DNA of 64,000 nt, from positions 9,922,001 through 9,986,000 of the forward strand of contig NC_086101.1 of assembly GCF_963921235.1 (NCBI RefSeq). The letters run 5' to 3'. The stretch comes from Mobula hypostoma (lineage: Eukaryota). The notes under the pieces are model-generated. The model had not been told where the DNA came from. It did not search any database and saw only the letters and a program-made list of their open reading frames with translations. Positions 39,301 to 51,315 of this stretch are shown piece by piece. The position numbers and the translations under genes were made by a program. Each line of letters begins with the position of its first letter. Position 1 is the first letter of the stretch.

Positions 39301-42300
39301 ATCTGAGGTGACTGTGAACTTATGAGTGTTAAAAGATAAACAACAGGAATTCTGCAGATGCTGGAAATTCAAGCAACATACATCAAAGTTGCTGGTGAAC
39401 GCAGCAGGCCAGGCAGCATCTATAGGAAGAGGCGCAGTCGACGTTTCAGGCCGAGACCCTTCGTCAGGACTAACTGAAGGAAGAGTAAGTAAGGGATTTG
39501 AAAGCTGGAGGGGGAGGGGGAGATGCAAAATGATAGGAGAAGACAGGAGGGGGAGGGATAGAGCCGAGAGCTGGACAGGTGATTGGCAGAAGGGGATACG
39601 AGAGGATCATGGGACAGGAGGTTCGGGAAGAAAGACGGGGGGGGGGTGACCCAGAGGATGGGCAAGAGGTATATTCAGAGGGACAGAGGGAGAAAAAGGA
39701 GAGTGAGAGAAAGAATGTGTGCATAAAAAAGAGTAACAGATGGGGTACGAGGGGGAGGTGGGGCCTAGCGGAAGTTAGAGAAGTCAATGTTCATGCCATC
39801 AGGTTGGAGGCTACCCATACGGAATATAAGGTGTTGTTCCTCCAACCTGAGTGTTAAAAGATGGCGGGCCGGTTTCATGATGTGGGAAGAGGGTGGGGGT
39901 GTGGGCTGGAGTTGGGAAGAGACTGGGAGGAGAATGACAGATGGAGGTTGAAAAGTGTGAGGAAGATGGAGGGACGTTGTGGGGGAGTGTGAAGATGGAG
40001 ACAGTTGCGAGAGGATGAAAAACAGGAGCACAAAGGAGGTGTTTTATCAGTGATGCGATAACGGGAACCGTTAGGGCAGATGGAAGCATAAGCTGAGTGA
40101 TTAGTGTCTCTTTTCCCACTTTCCCACAACTTTATACCCTCCCCCACCACAGCCCCTCATTAGGACAGGGTATGAATTTGCATGGATGTAGGCAGATATA
40201 TTTGCATCACATTTCAGACCAGAGGAGCTGCAGAAAGTCTGGAGGGAGGTTCAGGTGGTGCCTTTGGTTAAGACGGGCTGAAGGTCATACCAGGGAACTC
40301 CAGGTTGCTGAGCCTGACATCAGTGCTGGGAAAGTTTCTGAAGGACAGGGTAAAGCAGCACTTGGAAAGGCAAGGACTGAACCCATTGAAGTATTTGAAA
40401 GCATTCTGAAACCCCTTCCCAGATCACTCTCCTGAGGAATCTCAACATAGAGACTGTCCACGACTGTTGATGTGACATCATGTCAGAGGGCAGTTCACAT
40501 CACTGACAGACGATGTGTCCCACTCTGATATTGTGTCTGGGGATGTATTTCTTTTGTTCTATGTGGGTGCATTGATTGTCATAAATATCAGTGAGTGTGT
40601 GTACACATTGTAGGTAAGGGTACACATTGAAGTATTTGTACGTTACAGTGTGTCTTCACATGTCCAGTGTGTGTCGGCAATGTGTGACATGTATGTGAGT
40701 TGCTCAAATAGAAAATGTTCACTGTGTCTGAAGAGAATGATTTCCAAGTTACAGAGAGAACTAACAATGTGCATTGCTGAGGCTCTGACTACAATCTACC
40801 AGTCCTTCTTGTGTATGTGTGTGAGGGAGAACTGCCAGGCTGGTTATGCTGTGTGGCCTTCTCCTGAGAGGAAACCTTGAACAGAGATCCTTACTGGTTG
40901 GTGTGTTTGGGACGTCTTGTAATATTTCAATGTGGTGCTTTGAACATGATACTTACGAGCACAGTTCCCTCTAAGTCTGTTATCTGTCAAGTAGGGGACC
41001 GTGCACGATCCTGAATTGATGGACACGGACGTGAGAGTACGGAGGAACATCTGGAACACTTCTGAAATGCCCGCTTCGCTGCCGCTGCTACTGTGTGGTA
41101 ACCGGAATCTCCAGAGCAGAAGGCCCCGAAATCCTCGGCTTTGCGTGTTTCAGCAGCCGGAGCGAGGTTGAAGGCGCTCGGCAGAGGATGGTGCTCGGGA
41201 GGCTGGTCGGAAGCTCGAAGTTTTCGGACGGACGGAATCAGTGTCGGCTGCTTCCAAGGCATCAGCAAGTTGACGGTGCCTGGAGGTTAATGGCAGGGAG
41301 TTTCTCCCTTTTGCTGCCTGCTATAGGGGACTCGGGGACTTTTGAGACTTTATTTACCATGCCCATGGTCTGTTCTTCAGCAAATTATGGTATTGCTTTG
41401 CACTGCTGTAACTATATGTTATAATTATGTGGTTCTGTCAGTGCTAGTCTTTGGTTTGTCCTGTTTTCTGTGATATCACTCCACAGAAACATTGTATCAT
41501 TTCCTAATGCATGTATGCATTTCTAAATGACAATAAAAGAGGACTGAGTATTCGCATAATCTAACCCAAAGCTATGCGCGTGTGCGCACACACACACGTT
41601 TTTCAACCAGCGCACAAAGGAAATTAATGTGCGCACAAAAGGTTAGTTACCTAAAATAATGTAGTAGTTAATAATTATACTATTGAAAGTTTTTTTTAGC
41701 TAACTGTTTCTGTTAACTAGTTAGTCGGTTTTTCAAATACCACAATGCATGTCACTAATTTACGTCACCTCACCTATCCTGTTCCAGTTTGTACAGCTGC
41801 ATCACGGCTGCAACCATGTTTGGTGGACAGTGTTCATATCGTAAGGTTTAAAAAGATCTGTTTCAAATCCTGTAGATAGCTTACTAAGTTTTTATTGGAA
41901 AATATATTGATTCACTATGTCAAAGTCAAAAGAAGCGAGGAGCGTGAAGCGCAAAAGAACTACAAGTTTGTTTAAAGTTGAATGGCTTAACAAAATAGTA
42001 GAAACTGTTACACCGAAAGCTCATGAGGTCATGAACGTTCAGCTACGAGAAATATTTATGCATGATTCAGAAACTGGAGCTATCTGTTTGTATTGTTGTG
42101 ATGCGAAAGTTGCTGGAGAATTTGCTAGTGGAAAGAAGTGGGATGACATTTGGAAACTTGCTTTTTGAAGCGTCATTTGGCAAGTCAATCGCATTTGGAC
42201 AGTGTACAAAAGCTCAGGCAACAGAACCCGTCATTACCCGTTACAGGAGTGCTACACATGTTACAGTTGAGTGTAGATGAGCGAGAGTGAAAACGATGAA

Positions 42301-45300
42301 ACCCAGAGGAGATCAAAGTCGAGGTACAAGAATGGTCAGCTTTTGACTTCTCTGCAATTGCAGATTGTGACGTCGCATTTGGCGATAAACAAGTTAATGC
42401 CTTATGTCTAAAATATCATGATTTTCTAGCTGAAAATATTGTAATAGTTAGACAGTTTAATGATTTCAAATTTTCCGTGCAAGAAAAAATTAAATCCAAA
42501 CCGATTTCAAACTTTGCTCAAATGGTGGCATTTGTACTTCAAAATGAACAGTTTTGCGACCTTGCACAGTTGATGGACATTGGGGGAAGCTTTCTTGCGT
42601 CTTGTGCGGACTGTGAACGAGGTTTTAGCCGAATGAATCAACTCAAAAACAAGCTGAGAAACCGTTTAGGTGAATGTCATTTGGATATGTTAATGAGAAT
42701 CAAAAGCTATCAATGGGATGGAAGTTCTATCAGTCGAGATAGAGTTTACAAAGAATGGGTAAATGCCAAAGACAGGAGAGAGAAAAAATAACTGAGTGAC
42801 TTAAATATGATAAAAATTAAATATCTCCAACCTGATGGCATGAATATTGACTTCTCTAACTTCTGTTAATGCCCCTCCTCCCCTTCGTACCCCACCCCTT
42901 ATTTATTTATTTATTTCTCTTTCCCCTTTTTTTCTCTCTTTTTTCTCCCTCTGTCCCTCTCACTATAACTCCTTGCCCACCCTCTGGGCTCCCCGCTCCT
43001 TTCTTTCTCCCTAGGCCTTCTGTCCCATGATCCTCTCCCTTCTCCAGCCTCGTATCCCTTTTGCCAATCAGCTTTCCAGCTCTTGACTCCACCCCTCCCC
43101 TCCTGTCTTCTCCTATCATTTTGGATCTCCCCCTCCCCCTCCCACTTTCAAATCTCTTACTAGCTCTTCTTTCAGTTAGTCCTGACAAAGGGTCTCGGCC
43201 CGAAACGTCGACTGTACCTCTTCCTATAGATGCTGCCTGGCCTGCTGTGTTCACCAGCATTTTTGTGTGTGTGACTTAAATATGTATGTTATTTTGTTGT
43301 TATTCTGTGCAGTTTTATGTCAAATATTTTGTAAACCTACATAAACTGTCCCATACGTGCATTCAGTGCGCACATACTTCTGTCACAGGAAAAAAATTTG
43401 CACAACATGAGATTTTTGCGCACACTGACTACTAAAAATTAGAGGGAACATTGCTTACGAGTCCAGCTGGGGGCACACATGAGTCAACTAGAACAGCGGT
43501 CCCCAACCACCGGGCCGCGGACCAGGGCCGGGCCGCAAAGCATGTGCTACTGGGCCGCGAGGAAACGATATGAGTCAGCTGCATCTTTCCTCATTTCCTG
43601 TCATGCACTGTTGAACTTGAACATAGGGTTGCCAACTGTCCCATATTTGGCAGGACATCCTGTATATTGGGCTAAATTGGTTTGTCCCAGATGGGACCGT
43701 CCTTGTCCCGTATTTCCCCGCTAAGGTAGAGCGTTCCTATGAAACCTTTCGTGCCGAAATGGCATGAAGTGAAGATGCAATTACCATTACTTTATATGGG
43801 AAAAATTTTTGAGCGTTCCCAGACCCAAAAAATAACCTACCAAATCATACCAAATAACACATAAAACCTAAAATAACACTAACATATAGTAAAAGCAGGA
43901 ATGATATGATAAATACACAGCCTATATAAAGTAGATATAATATATGTACAGTGTAGTCGGGAAGATTAAGCCAAAACTGATTTGTGGAAAAAAAAAATCG
44001 GCATGTACGTGCATGCGCACGTCACGCATGTGTGCACAGGTGCCCGCACAAGGCTTCATGGTCATGGTAGTCTTTCTCAGAGTAAACACAAGTGGCCCGG
44101 GATTTGACTGCTACTTTTATCCCTTATTTGGGAGCGAGAAAGTTGGCAATCCTAACTGTAAAAGACATGTTGAGGTGAGTTTAACCCTACTTGAACACAA
44201 TCGCCCCCCCACCCCCGGTCGGCCGGTCCGCAAGAATATTGTCAATATTAAACCGGTCCGCGGTGCACAAAAGGTTGGGGACCCCTGAACTAGAATCTGC
44301 AGTCACTGACAGGTCAGAGAGGGCAAAGCAGAGCACGAGGGACTCGTCTATCTTTCTGGCAATCCCTGTTACCACCGCTTCTATTCCTTATAATGTCATG
44401 AATAAGAAGGCGTACGGTGTAATGGCCTTCATCAACTGCGGGATTGAGTTTAAGAGCTGAGAGGTAATGTTGCTGCTATATTGGACCCTGGTCAGACCCC
44501 ACTTGGAGTACTGTGCTCAGTTCTGGTCGCCTCACTACAGGAAGGACAGGGAAACCATAGAAAGGGTGAAAGGAGATTTACAAGGATGTTGCCTGGATTG
44601 GGGAGCATGTCTTATGAGAATAGATTGAGTGAACTCGGCCTTTTCTCCTTGGAGCGACGGAGGATGAGAGGTAACCTGATAGAGGTGTATAAGATGATGA
44701 GAGGCATTGATCCTGTGGATAGGATCCCAGGGATTTTTTCCCAGGGCTGAAATGGTTGCCACAAGAGGACACAGGTTTAAGGTGCTGGGGAGGAGGTAGA
44801 GAGGAGAGGTCAAGGGTAAATTTTTCACTCAGAGAGTGGTGAGTACATGGAATCGGCTGCCAGCAACGGTGGTGGAGGCAGATATGATAGGGTCTTTTAA
44901 GAGACTTTTGGATAGGTACATGGAGCTTAGAAAAATAGAGGGCTATGGGTAAGCCTAGTAATTTCTAAGGCAGGGACATGTTCGTCATAACTTTGTGGGC
45001 CGAAGGGCCTGTATTGTGCTGTAGGTTTTCTATGTTTCTATGTTTCTCCAGCTGCAATGTAATATTCAAACTCATGTCTTGACATATTCGTCCAGTAAGA
45101 ATGGGATCATGATGCAGTGGTCCATCTAACAGTCCTGTGAATTGGTTGTATTTTCCCCTGTGTTGGTCTGTTCAGGGGTCTGACATCTCTAGCTGACCAT
45201 GTGACAGTGATGCCCACCAGCAGGTAGGGTTGGTGTCGGAATTAACTTCACTTCCCCTTCAGCTCAGTATTACAACAAATATTTGTATTTGTTAAAGGTA

Positions 45301-47715
45301 TCTCATGCACAATGACAGACAAATCTATACAACTTTTACCTCGCTTAATGCTGTCAAATGGTTCTTCCAATGCTATGTTGAAGAAATAGGGGTGATTGAA
45401 TTTTTCAACCAGTAGGGCACCATCTGTCACTGACAATGTCTGGGTATCATCACTAATCCTGTAAATATTATACATCTAGTTATAAACTGAGCATCAGTGA
45501 TATATGAACTATTTTACAAATTCATACAGAATTTCAGTAAAGACCATGTCCTACCTCCTCTTCCGACGAGCTTCCTCCTGAAATAAATAAAACACAGATC
45601 TCAATGGACTGAGACTGACCGTCTGCATCTGAACAGCAGGAATCTGAGCCATATTATTACAAGCAGCTGAAAATTCCCACTAAACTCAGTACCACCAACA
45701 CACACGGAGAAAGAGGGAGAAAGTACAAGGAATGTTTATGAAAATTATACTATAACTGAGAGGATGGAACTTACAGCAGAGACTGGGCAGGTTGTGCATT
45801 TTTATCTGGATATGATGTCAGGGAGGATCAGATGGAGGAATTTAACATTCCGAATGGATTTGATGGGGTGGGAGTGGAGAAAATATTTCTGCTTGGGCAG
45901 AAACCAAAAGTTAAAAATGAAACATCAGCTGGTCATTAATAAATCCCACAAGAAATGTAGTGAAGAGAACATGGAACTCACTCCACAGGAGTGGTTGAAA
46001 TGGAACAGCGGAGATTGAATGTGATGGGGAAGCTGGATAAACACAAGGGACCATGGAGTTGGGGTCACTGTTGCTGGGTGTAGTGAGTAGGTGGGAGGAG
46101 GCTTGTGAAGCAGGGAAACTGATAGGAGAGAATGGACTGAAAAACCTGACTCTGATGTAAAATGGGATATAATCCGATGAAGAATATAATTGAAAAAGAA
46201 AACAGTCAGTGCCTAATTCTCTGATACAAACAGGATATTGATGGTAAATCTGATGTGTGGGTCACATTCTGGAATTCAGCCTCAGTTCTCACTAATCAAC
46301 AGAGAGACCCTCACGCCCACCACACCGGACACATTCACAGCCTGTGACTGTAACTGGGTGTTACTCTGAGTATCAGGGGATATTATACGTGGGAATCACA
46401 GAAACGATCACCAGCTCAGTGCTCTGATCAGAGTAAATCATTCCCGAGAAGGCTGCAGACTGTCCTGTGATGTACAGATATTGTCAGATGTCGGGTTGGG
46501 ACAACAGATTTGCATAGTCAGAATACCTGACCGGTTTTAATCAGTTTACAACTGCATATTTGTAAATACATTGATTTAAAATATATCACTTTTTCACTGT
46601 GCACTTTTATAGAAGCAAACTATACACATTTATGGAACCAAACTGAAATCTCTCACCATGAGAAATATCACACTGTCTTGTTGATTCATCCGTTCCTGTA
46701 ACTTTGAGATTTCCTCCTGAATAGAATTTAAATTCTCTTGAATCTCTCGAAGATTTTTCTCCATTGGATGTAGAATCCTCGCCTCTTCTTCTCTGAGATC
46801 TCGGAGTAAGCACTGCTCTTTCTCAATGAGTATCTGGCGCAGTTCAGCAAACTGGGATGCGATGTGGGACTGAAGACTGCATGACTGTTCCTGTCAAACA
46901 AAATGAGAGGCTAGTTTATTATTTGACCATGATATATTTCCTTATGACATGGAATGCGACCATTCAGCCCATTAAATTCTATGCTGGTTCTCAGGACTTT
47001 GATCACATTTCCCTGAAAACGAGTCTTCCTCACTGACCTATTAACTCCCACCTGGTTCACAGTGATTAGCCCTTCACCGGGTTAATTACAGTAGCGAATT
47101 AACGATTCTGCTCAGGAAGCCTCACCCGAACTTCAGAAATCTTCTCTTTCTGTTGCTGCTCCATTTCCTCGAAGTCTGATTTCCTTTTTGTGAGAGAGTC
47201 TAAGGAAGATTTAACTTGATCCTGGGAATTAAAGAGTGAATGGGTTAGACCAAAAGATTAAACGACATAAAAAGACGATATAAAGCGGATTACTGTACCT
47301 TTACCTTGTAAATTTCAACGGCTTCGTTAATCGGCATGAAGTTGTGAGACTTGTGTTCCCGCGCATCTCTACAGATCAGGCAGATCAGTGTCTTGTCCGT
47401 CTCACAAAACAGCTTCAGGTTTTCCTCGTGTTTCTCGCAGTGAAGTTTACTTTCCTTCCCTTTCGGATTCAGGTTCAGTTTTCGAGCTTTCTCGGACAGA
47501 TTTGCCAAGGCCCGATTGACCCTGAGGGTGCGGTCCGCAAACTCCTCTCTACATTCCGGGCAGGAGTTTCTCTCCTCCCTTTCCCAACACCGTGTGATAC
47601 AGGAGCGGCAGAAGGAGTGACCACACTCCAGTGACAGCGGATCTGTGAAGAAATCTAGGCAGATGGGACAAATTACCTCCTCGGTTAAACTCTCGAACTG
47701 GCCTTTCGAAGCCAT
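35860..47715 (-). CDS. TRIM-B: complete RING/B-box2/coiled-coil/B30.2 (PRY-SPRY) E3 ubiquitin ligase, TRIM39/TRIM27/A33-like, 471 aa; exons 47715-47305, 47221-47126, 46890-46657, 45577-45555, 45458-45340, 36392-35860
   Basis: All introns are GT-AG. Exon lengths 411+96+234+23+119+533=1416 nt splice into one open frame ending in TAA. RING (CPICLDFFTDP..CGHSFCRSC..CPEC), B-box (CEKH..LFCETD..ICLIC..HKSH) and PRY-SPRY (VTLDVETANP..GFTSGRHYWEV..VGVYLSYESG..LYPFF) motifs are present. Confidence 0.95.
39338..39847 (-). mobile_element. Penelope-like 3' fragment with hammerhead motif (39436-39471) and 15-bp TSD, in TRIM-B intron 5
   Basis: tgagtgttaaaagat at 39323-39337 and 39848-39862; absent from the homologous TRIM-A intron position (~960-1000). 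Confidence 0.82.
40960..43453 (+). mobile_element. hAT DNA transposon, internally deleted, with nested insertions
   Basis: 8-bp TSD cttacgag (40952-40959, 43454-43461); TIRs ca..gttccctctaa; N-terminal zinc-finger remnant (FKVEWL..CLYC..KRHLASQSH) and dimerisation domain (CERGFSRMNQLKNKLRNRL..LDMLMRI). Confidence 0.88.
42810..43270 (+). mobile_element. Penelope-like 3' fragment nested in the hAT, 14-bp TSD
   Basis: gtgacttaaatatg at 42796-42809 and 43271-43284; hammerhead core mutated to CTGACAA. Confidence 0.8.
43494..44287. mobile_element. Non-autonomous hAT (Charlie-like) element containing a second TIR pair (43624-44154)
   Basis: TIRs cagcggtccccaacc / ggttggggacccctg; TSD aactagaa at 43486-43493 and 44288-44295; inner pair tagggttgccaact / agttggcaatccta. 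Confidence 0.85.
44400..45047 (+). mobile_element. CR1 3' fragment
   Basis: RRFTRMLPGL...LGLFSLERRRMRG with a (TTTCTATG)n tail. Confidence 0.85.
45340..45458 (-). CDS. TRIM-B exon 5 (linker), 119 nt
   Basis: tttacag|GATTAGT...CGAG|gtaaaa; ISDDTQTLSVTDGALLVEKFNHPY...; ends in phase 1, as exon 6 requires. Confidence 0.92.
45555..45577 (-). CDS. TRIM-B exon 4 (23-nt micro-exon)
   Basis: tttcag|GAGGAAGCTCGTCGGAAGAGGAG|gtagg; restores phase, and has a matching copy in TRIM-A. Confidence 0.9.
46657..46890 (-). CDS. TRIM-B exon 3 (coiled coil), 234 nt
   Basis: tttgacag|GAACAG...CTCATG|gtgaga; open frame EQSCSLQSH...VIFLM. Confidence 0.93.
47126..47221 (-). CDS. TRIM-B exon 2 (coiled coil), 96 nt
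   Basis: ttcccag|GATCAA...CGG|gtgagg; translates DQVKSSLDSLTKRKSDFEEMEQQQKEKISEVR. Confidence 0.93.
47305..47715 (-). CDS. TRIM-B exon 1 (RING + B-box), 411 nt
   Basis: MASKGQFESL...EIYK, followed by donor AAG|GTAAAG; same length as TRIM-A exon 1. Confidence 0.95.
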
Positions 47716-47728
47716 GTTAACTCCAGTT

Positions 47729-47757
47729 ACTTCCGGATCCAGGTTCATTTCACTTTT
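47729..47757 (-). promoter_or_regulatory. Candidate IRF element and ETS site upstream of the TRIM-B ATG
   Basis: Minus strand AAAAGTGAAATG (47757-47746) and CCGGAAGT, at the position equivalent to the TRIM-A motif. Confidence 0.45.
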
Positions 47758-47827
47758 GGGAGCGGCTCTCCCCGCAGTACCGCGATTGTCCACTAGACGC
47801 GCTGCAGTCTCGGGAATGAACTTGACT

Positions 47828-48225
47828 TCAAAGTTGCCGGTGAACGCAGCAGGCCAGGCAGCAACTATAGGAAGAGGCGCAGTCGACGTTTCAGGCCGAG
47901 ACCCTTCGTCAGGACTAACTGAAGGAAGAGCTAGTAAGAGATTTGAAAGTGGGAGGGGGAGGGGGAGATCCAAAATGATAGGAGAAGACAGGAGGGGGAG
48001 GGATGGAGCCAAGAGCTGGACAGGTGATTGGCAAAGGGGATATGAGAGGATCATGGGATCACAGGAGGCCCAGGGAGAAAGACAAGGTGGGGGGAACCCA
48101 GAGGATGGGCAGGGGGTATAGACAGAGGGGCAGAGGGAGAAAAAGGAGAGTGAGAGAAAGAATGTGTGTATAAGAATAAATAACGGATGGGGTACAAGGG
48201 GGAGGTGGAGCATTAGCGGAAAGCT
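47828..48225 (-). mobile_element. Penelope-like 3' fragment with hammerhead motif (47881-47916), immediately upstream of TRIM-B
   Basis: Near-identical to the copies at ~39380-39770 and ~56890-57290; begins where homology to the TRIM-A upstream region ends. Confidence 0.85.
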
Positions 48226-48729
48226 AATGCTAAGAGTCTTACCATTAATACTATATTCTGCCATCATATTTGAAATGACGTTTCAGATGAAGGATCCAGC
48301 CAGTCAAGCTCTTGGTGCCTGTTGGTAAGATCTGGCGATGAGGCATTCTCCCAAAACGTCTGGAGACACCGCTCTGGGGAATTACCGCACGATGCACTGC
48401 AGAATATTCCGTGGTCATCTCTGCCTGACAGACTTGTGGTAAAAGCGGAACAATTGCTACACCTTCTCCCATACTAACATTCAGGGCCGAAACAGTCCTG
48501 TTGGGATCATATTCTGTGTCCGGTGCTCCTGGTGTGGTCTCCTGTATGTCAGTGAGACCCGACGTAGATTGGGAGGCTGCTTCATCAAGTACGCCAAAAA
48601 AAAAGGGGATCATCTAGTGCCCATTTACTTTAATTATATTTCCCATTCCTATATGTCTGTCCACAGCCTCCTCCACTGTCGTGTTGATGCCACATGATAA
48701 GCTGTTGTTGGAGGAACGCACCTTATATT

Positions 48730-48824
48730 GTCCTGACGAAGGGTCTCGGCCCGAAACGTCGACTGTATCTCTTCCTATAAATGCTGCCTGGCCTGCTGCG
48801 TTCCACCAGCATTTTGTGTGTGTT
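48730..48824 (+). mobile_element. 95-bp hammerhead-bearing mini-insert with 10-bp TSD, inside an older Penelope fragment
   Basis: accttatatt at 48720-48729 and 48825-48834; insert begins gtcCTGACGAagggtctcggcccGAAACGTCgac. Confidence 0.78.
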
Positions 48825-50039
48825 ACCTTATATTCCATCTGTGCAGCCTCTAACCTGATGGTATGAAGAGTGATTTCTCGAACTTTCGGTAATGCCCCAC
48901 CCTCCTTCATCATTGCCCATCACCTTTTCCCTCTCTCATCTTATCTCTTTGCACCCATCGCCTCCCTCTGGTGCTCTTCCACCCTTTTCTTTCTTCCATG
49001 GCCTTTTGTCTTCTGCCAGTCTCCCCCTTTTCCAGCCCTGTATCTCTTTCACCAATCAACTTTCCAGCTTGTTACCTCATCCCCTCCCCTACAGGTTTCA
49101 CCTATCAGTTTGTGCTTCTCCCTCCCATCTCCCACCTGTTAAATCTACTCCTCAACTCTTTTTTTTGCTCCAGTCCTGCCAAAATGTTTCGGACTGAAAC
49201 ATTGACTGTACTCATTCCTTATATGCTGCCTGGCCTGCTGAATTCCTTCAGCACTTTGTGTGTGTTGCTTGTGGTCAAAAGGTGTTGGTCTGGAGGAACT
49301 GTGACCAAGTTCATTAACACAACGTTCATATTCAGAGGGCGATAAACAGAGTTGCTGCCGAAAGCTTCCCGTGATTCTGGAGAACAAACATGGCGCTTCC
49401 ATCAGACTTAAATCTCCAGCTCCCGGAGGCGGTCCGTCACACTGCTGGTGGGCAGACACCAATTGCCAGAGGAGTGAGAACCACCCAGTGTCAGTGGTAA
49501 GCCCTGGTCCGAAGTTTGCCTGGGAGAGGCTATGCAAGGGAGAACAAGGCGCAAAGGTAAACTTGTGCTTAAGAAATTAAAATTTATTCATAATAAAAAT
49601 ATCTACAAAAGACTTTTATTTACCAAAACATTTTACATTCTTAGGCATTTGGTCAATATGTGGAGTTAACCACGTTCTCAGAGTCATTTGAGAATGTGGA
49701 AGTGATATTAACACTATTTAAATCATTGCCGCTCAGGTGGCCCCTGTGGGTGATGCAACATTTCAATTTTTGTCAGGCTTCTCCATCTCACTCAGACCCT
49801 CCGGGATAGCAGAATGAGCCTCGACTTGTGGTCCTACCCACAGAAATTGCACTGCCTGCACCGACCTCCACTGTGTCCCTCAGCACATCCTCCTGCAGAC
49901 TGGACTGTGCCAGTCGACGGCGTTCTGATGCGGACTTCTCTCCGTGCTGGGAGACCTACAGGTTTCGTGAAGGTCTAAGAGCAACTCTCACTGAGTTGAT
50001 GATCTTCCAGCGGCAGTTTCTGGGCTGAATGACTGAATA

Positions 50040-51315
50040 GAGGACGTGGTGTGGGTGGAAGTGAGAAACAGCAAGGGAGCAAGTCCATTGAGCTACGGGA
50101 TTGGGAAGCTTTTAAAGCAACAGAATGCAGCCAAAAACAAGAAGAATATAAAAGACAAAATATGAAATTAAGCAAACCAATCCTATAAAAAGAGGATACC
50201 AAAAGATTTTTCAGATATGAGTACAAAGGGAGGCGAGAATGGATATCAGACTGCTAGAAAATGACATTGGAGAGGTAGTAACGAGGGACAGTGAATGGTG
50301 GACGATCTCAATAAGTACATTGTATCGGTCTTCACTGTGGAAGGCACAAGGATCAGTTCTGGGACCTCTACTTTTCGTGATTTTTATTAACAACCTGGGT
50401 GTGGGGTTAGAAAGGTGGTTTGGCAAGTTTGCAGATGACACAAAGGTTGGTGGTGTTGTGGATAGTGTAGAGGATTGTCAAAGATTGCAGAGAGACATTG
50501 ATAGGATGCAGGAGTGGGCTGAGAAGTGGCAGATAGAGTTCAACCCGGAGAAGTGTGAGGAGGTACACTTTGGAAGGACAAACTCCAAGACAGAGTACAA
50601 AGTAAATGGCAGGATACTTAGTAGTGTGGAGGAGCAGAGGAATCTGGGGGTACATGTCCACAGATCCCCGAAAGTTGCCTCACAGGTGGATAGGGTAGTT
50701 AAGAAAGCTTATGGGGTGTTAGCTTTCATAAGTCGAGGGATAGAGTTTAAGAGTTGCGATGTAATGATGCAGCTCTATAAAACTCTAGTTAGGTCACACT
50801 TGTCCGGTTCTGGTCGCCTCACTATTGGAAGGATGTGGAAGCATGGGAAAGGGTACAGAGGAGATTTACCAGCATGCTGCCTGGTTTAGAGAGTATGCAT
50901 TATGATCAGAGATTAAGGGAGCTAGGGCTTTACTCTTTGGAGAGAAAGAGGATGACAGGAGACATGACAGAGGTGTACAAGATATTAAGAGGAATAGATA
51001 GAATAGATAGCCAGCGCCTCTTCCCCAGGGCACCACTGCTCAATACAAGAGGACATGGCTTTACGGTAAGGGGTGGGAAGTTCAAGGGGGATATGAGAGG
51101 AAGGTTTTTTACTCAGAGATTGGTTGGTGCGTGGAATGCACTGCCTGAGTCAGTGGTGGAGGCAGATACACTAGTGAAATTTATGCGACTACTAGACAGG
51201 TATATGGAGGAATTTAACGTGGGGGTTTATATGGGAGGTAGGGTTTGAGGGTTGACACAACATTGTGGGCCGAAAGGCCAGTACTGAGCAGTACTATTTT
51301 ATGTTCTACGTTCTA
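50040..51315 (+). mobile_element. CR1 ORF2 RT/3' fragment
   Basis: QGSVLGPLLFVIFINNL...KFADDTK and FFTQRLVGAWNALP. Confidence 0.88.

Noticed and set aside
47716..48267. 184-aa N-terminal extension of TRIM-B suggested by the 325-aa ORF
   Set aside because: It is low-complexity translation of a pyrimidine-rich Penelope terminus that gives similar ORFs at other copies; the paralogue starts at MASKGQ.
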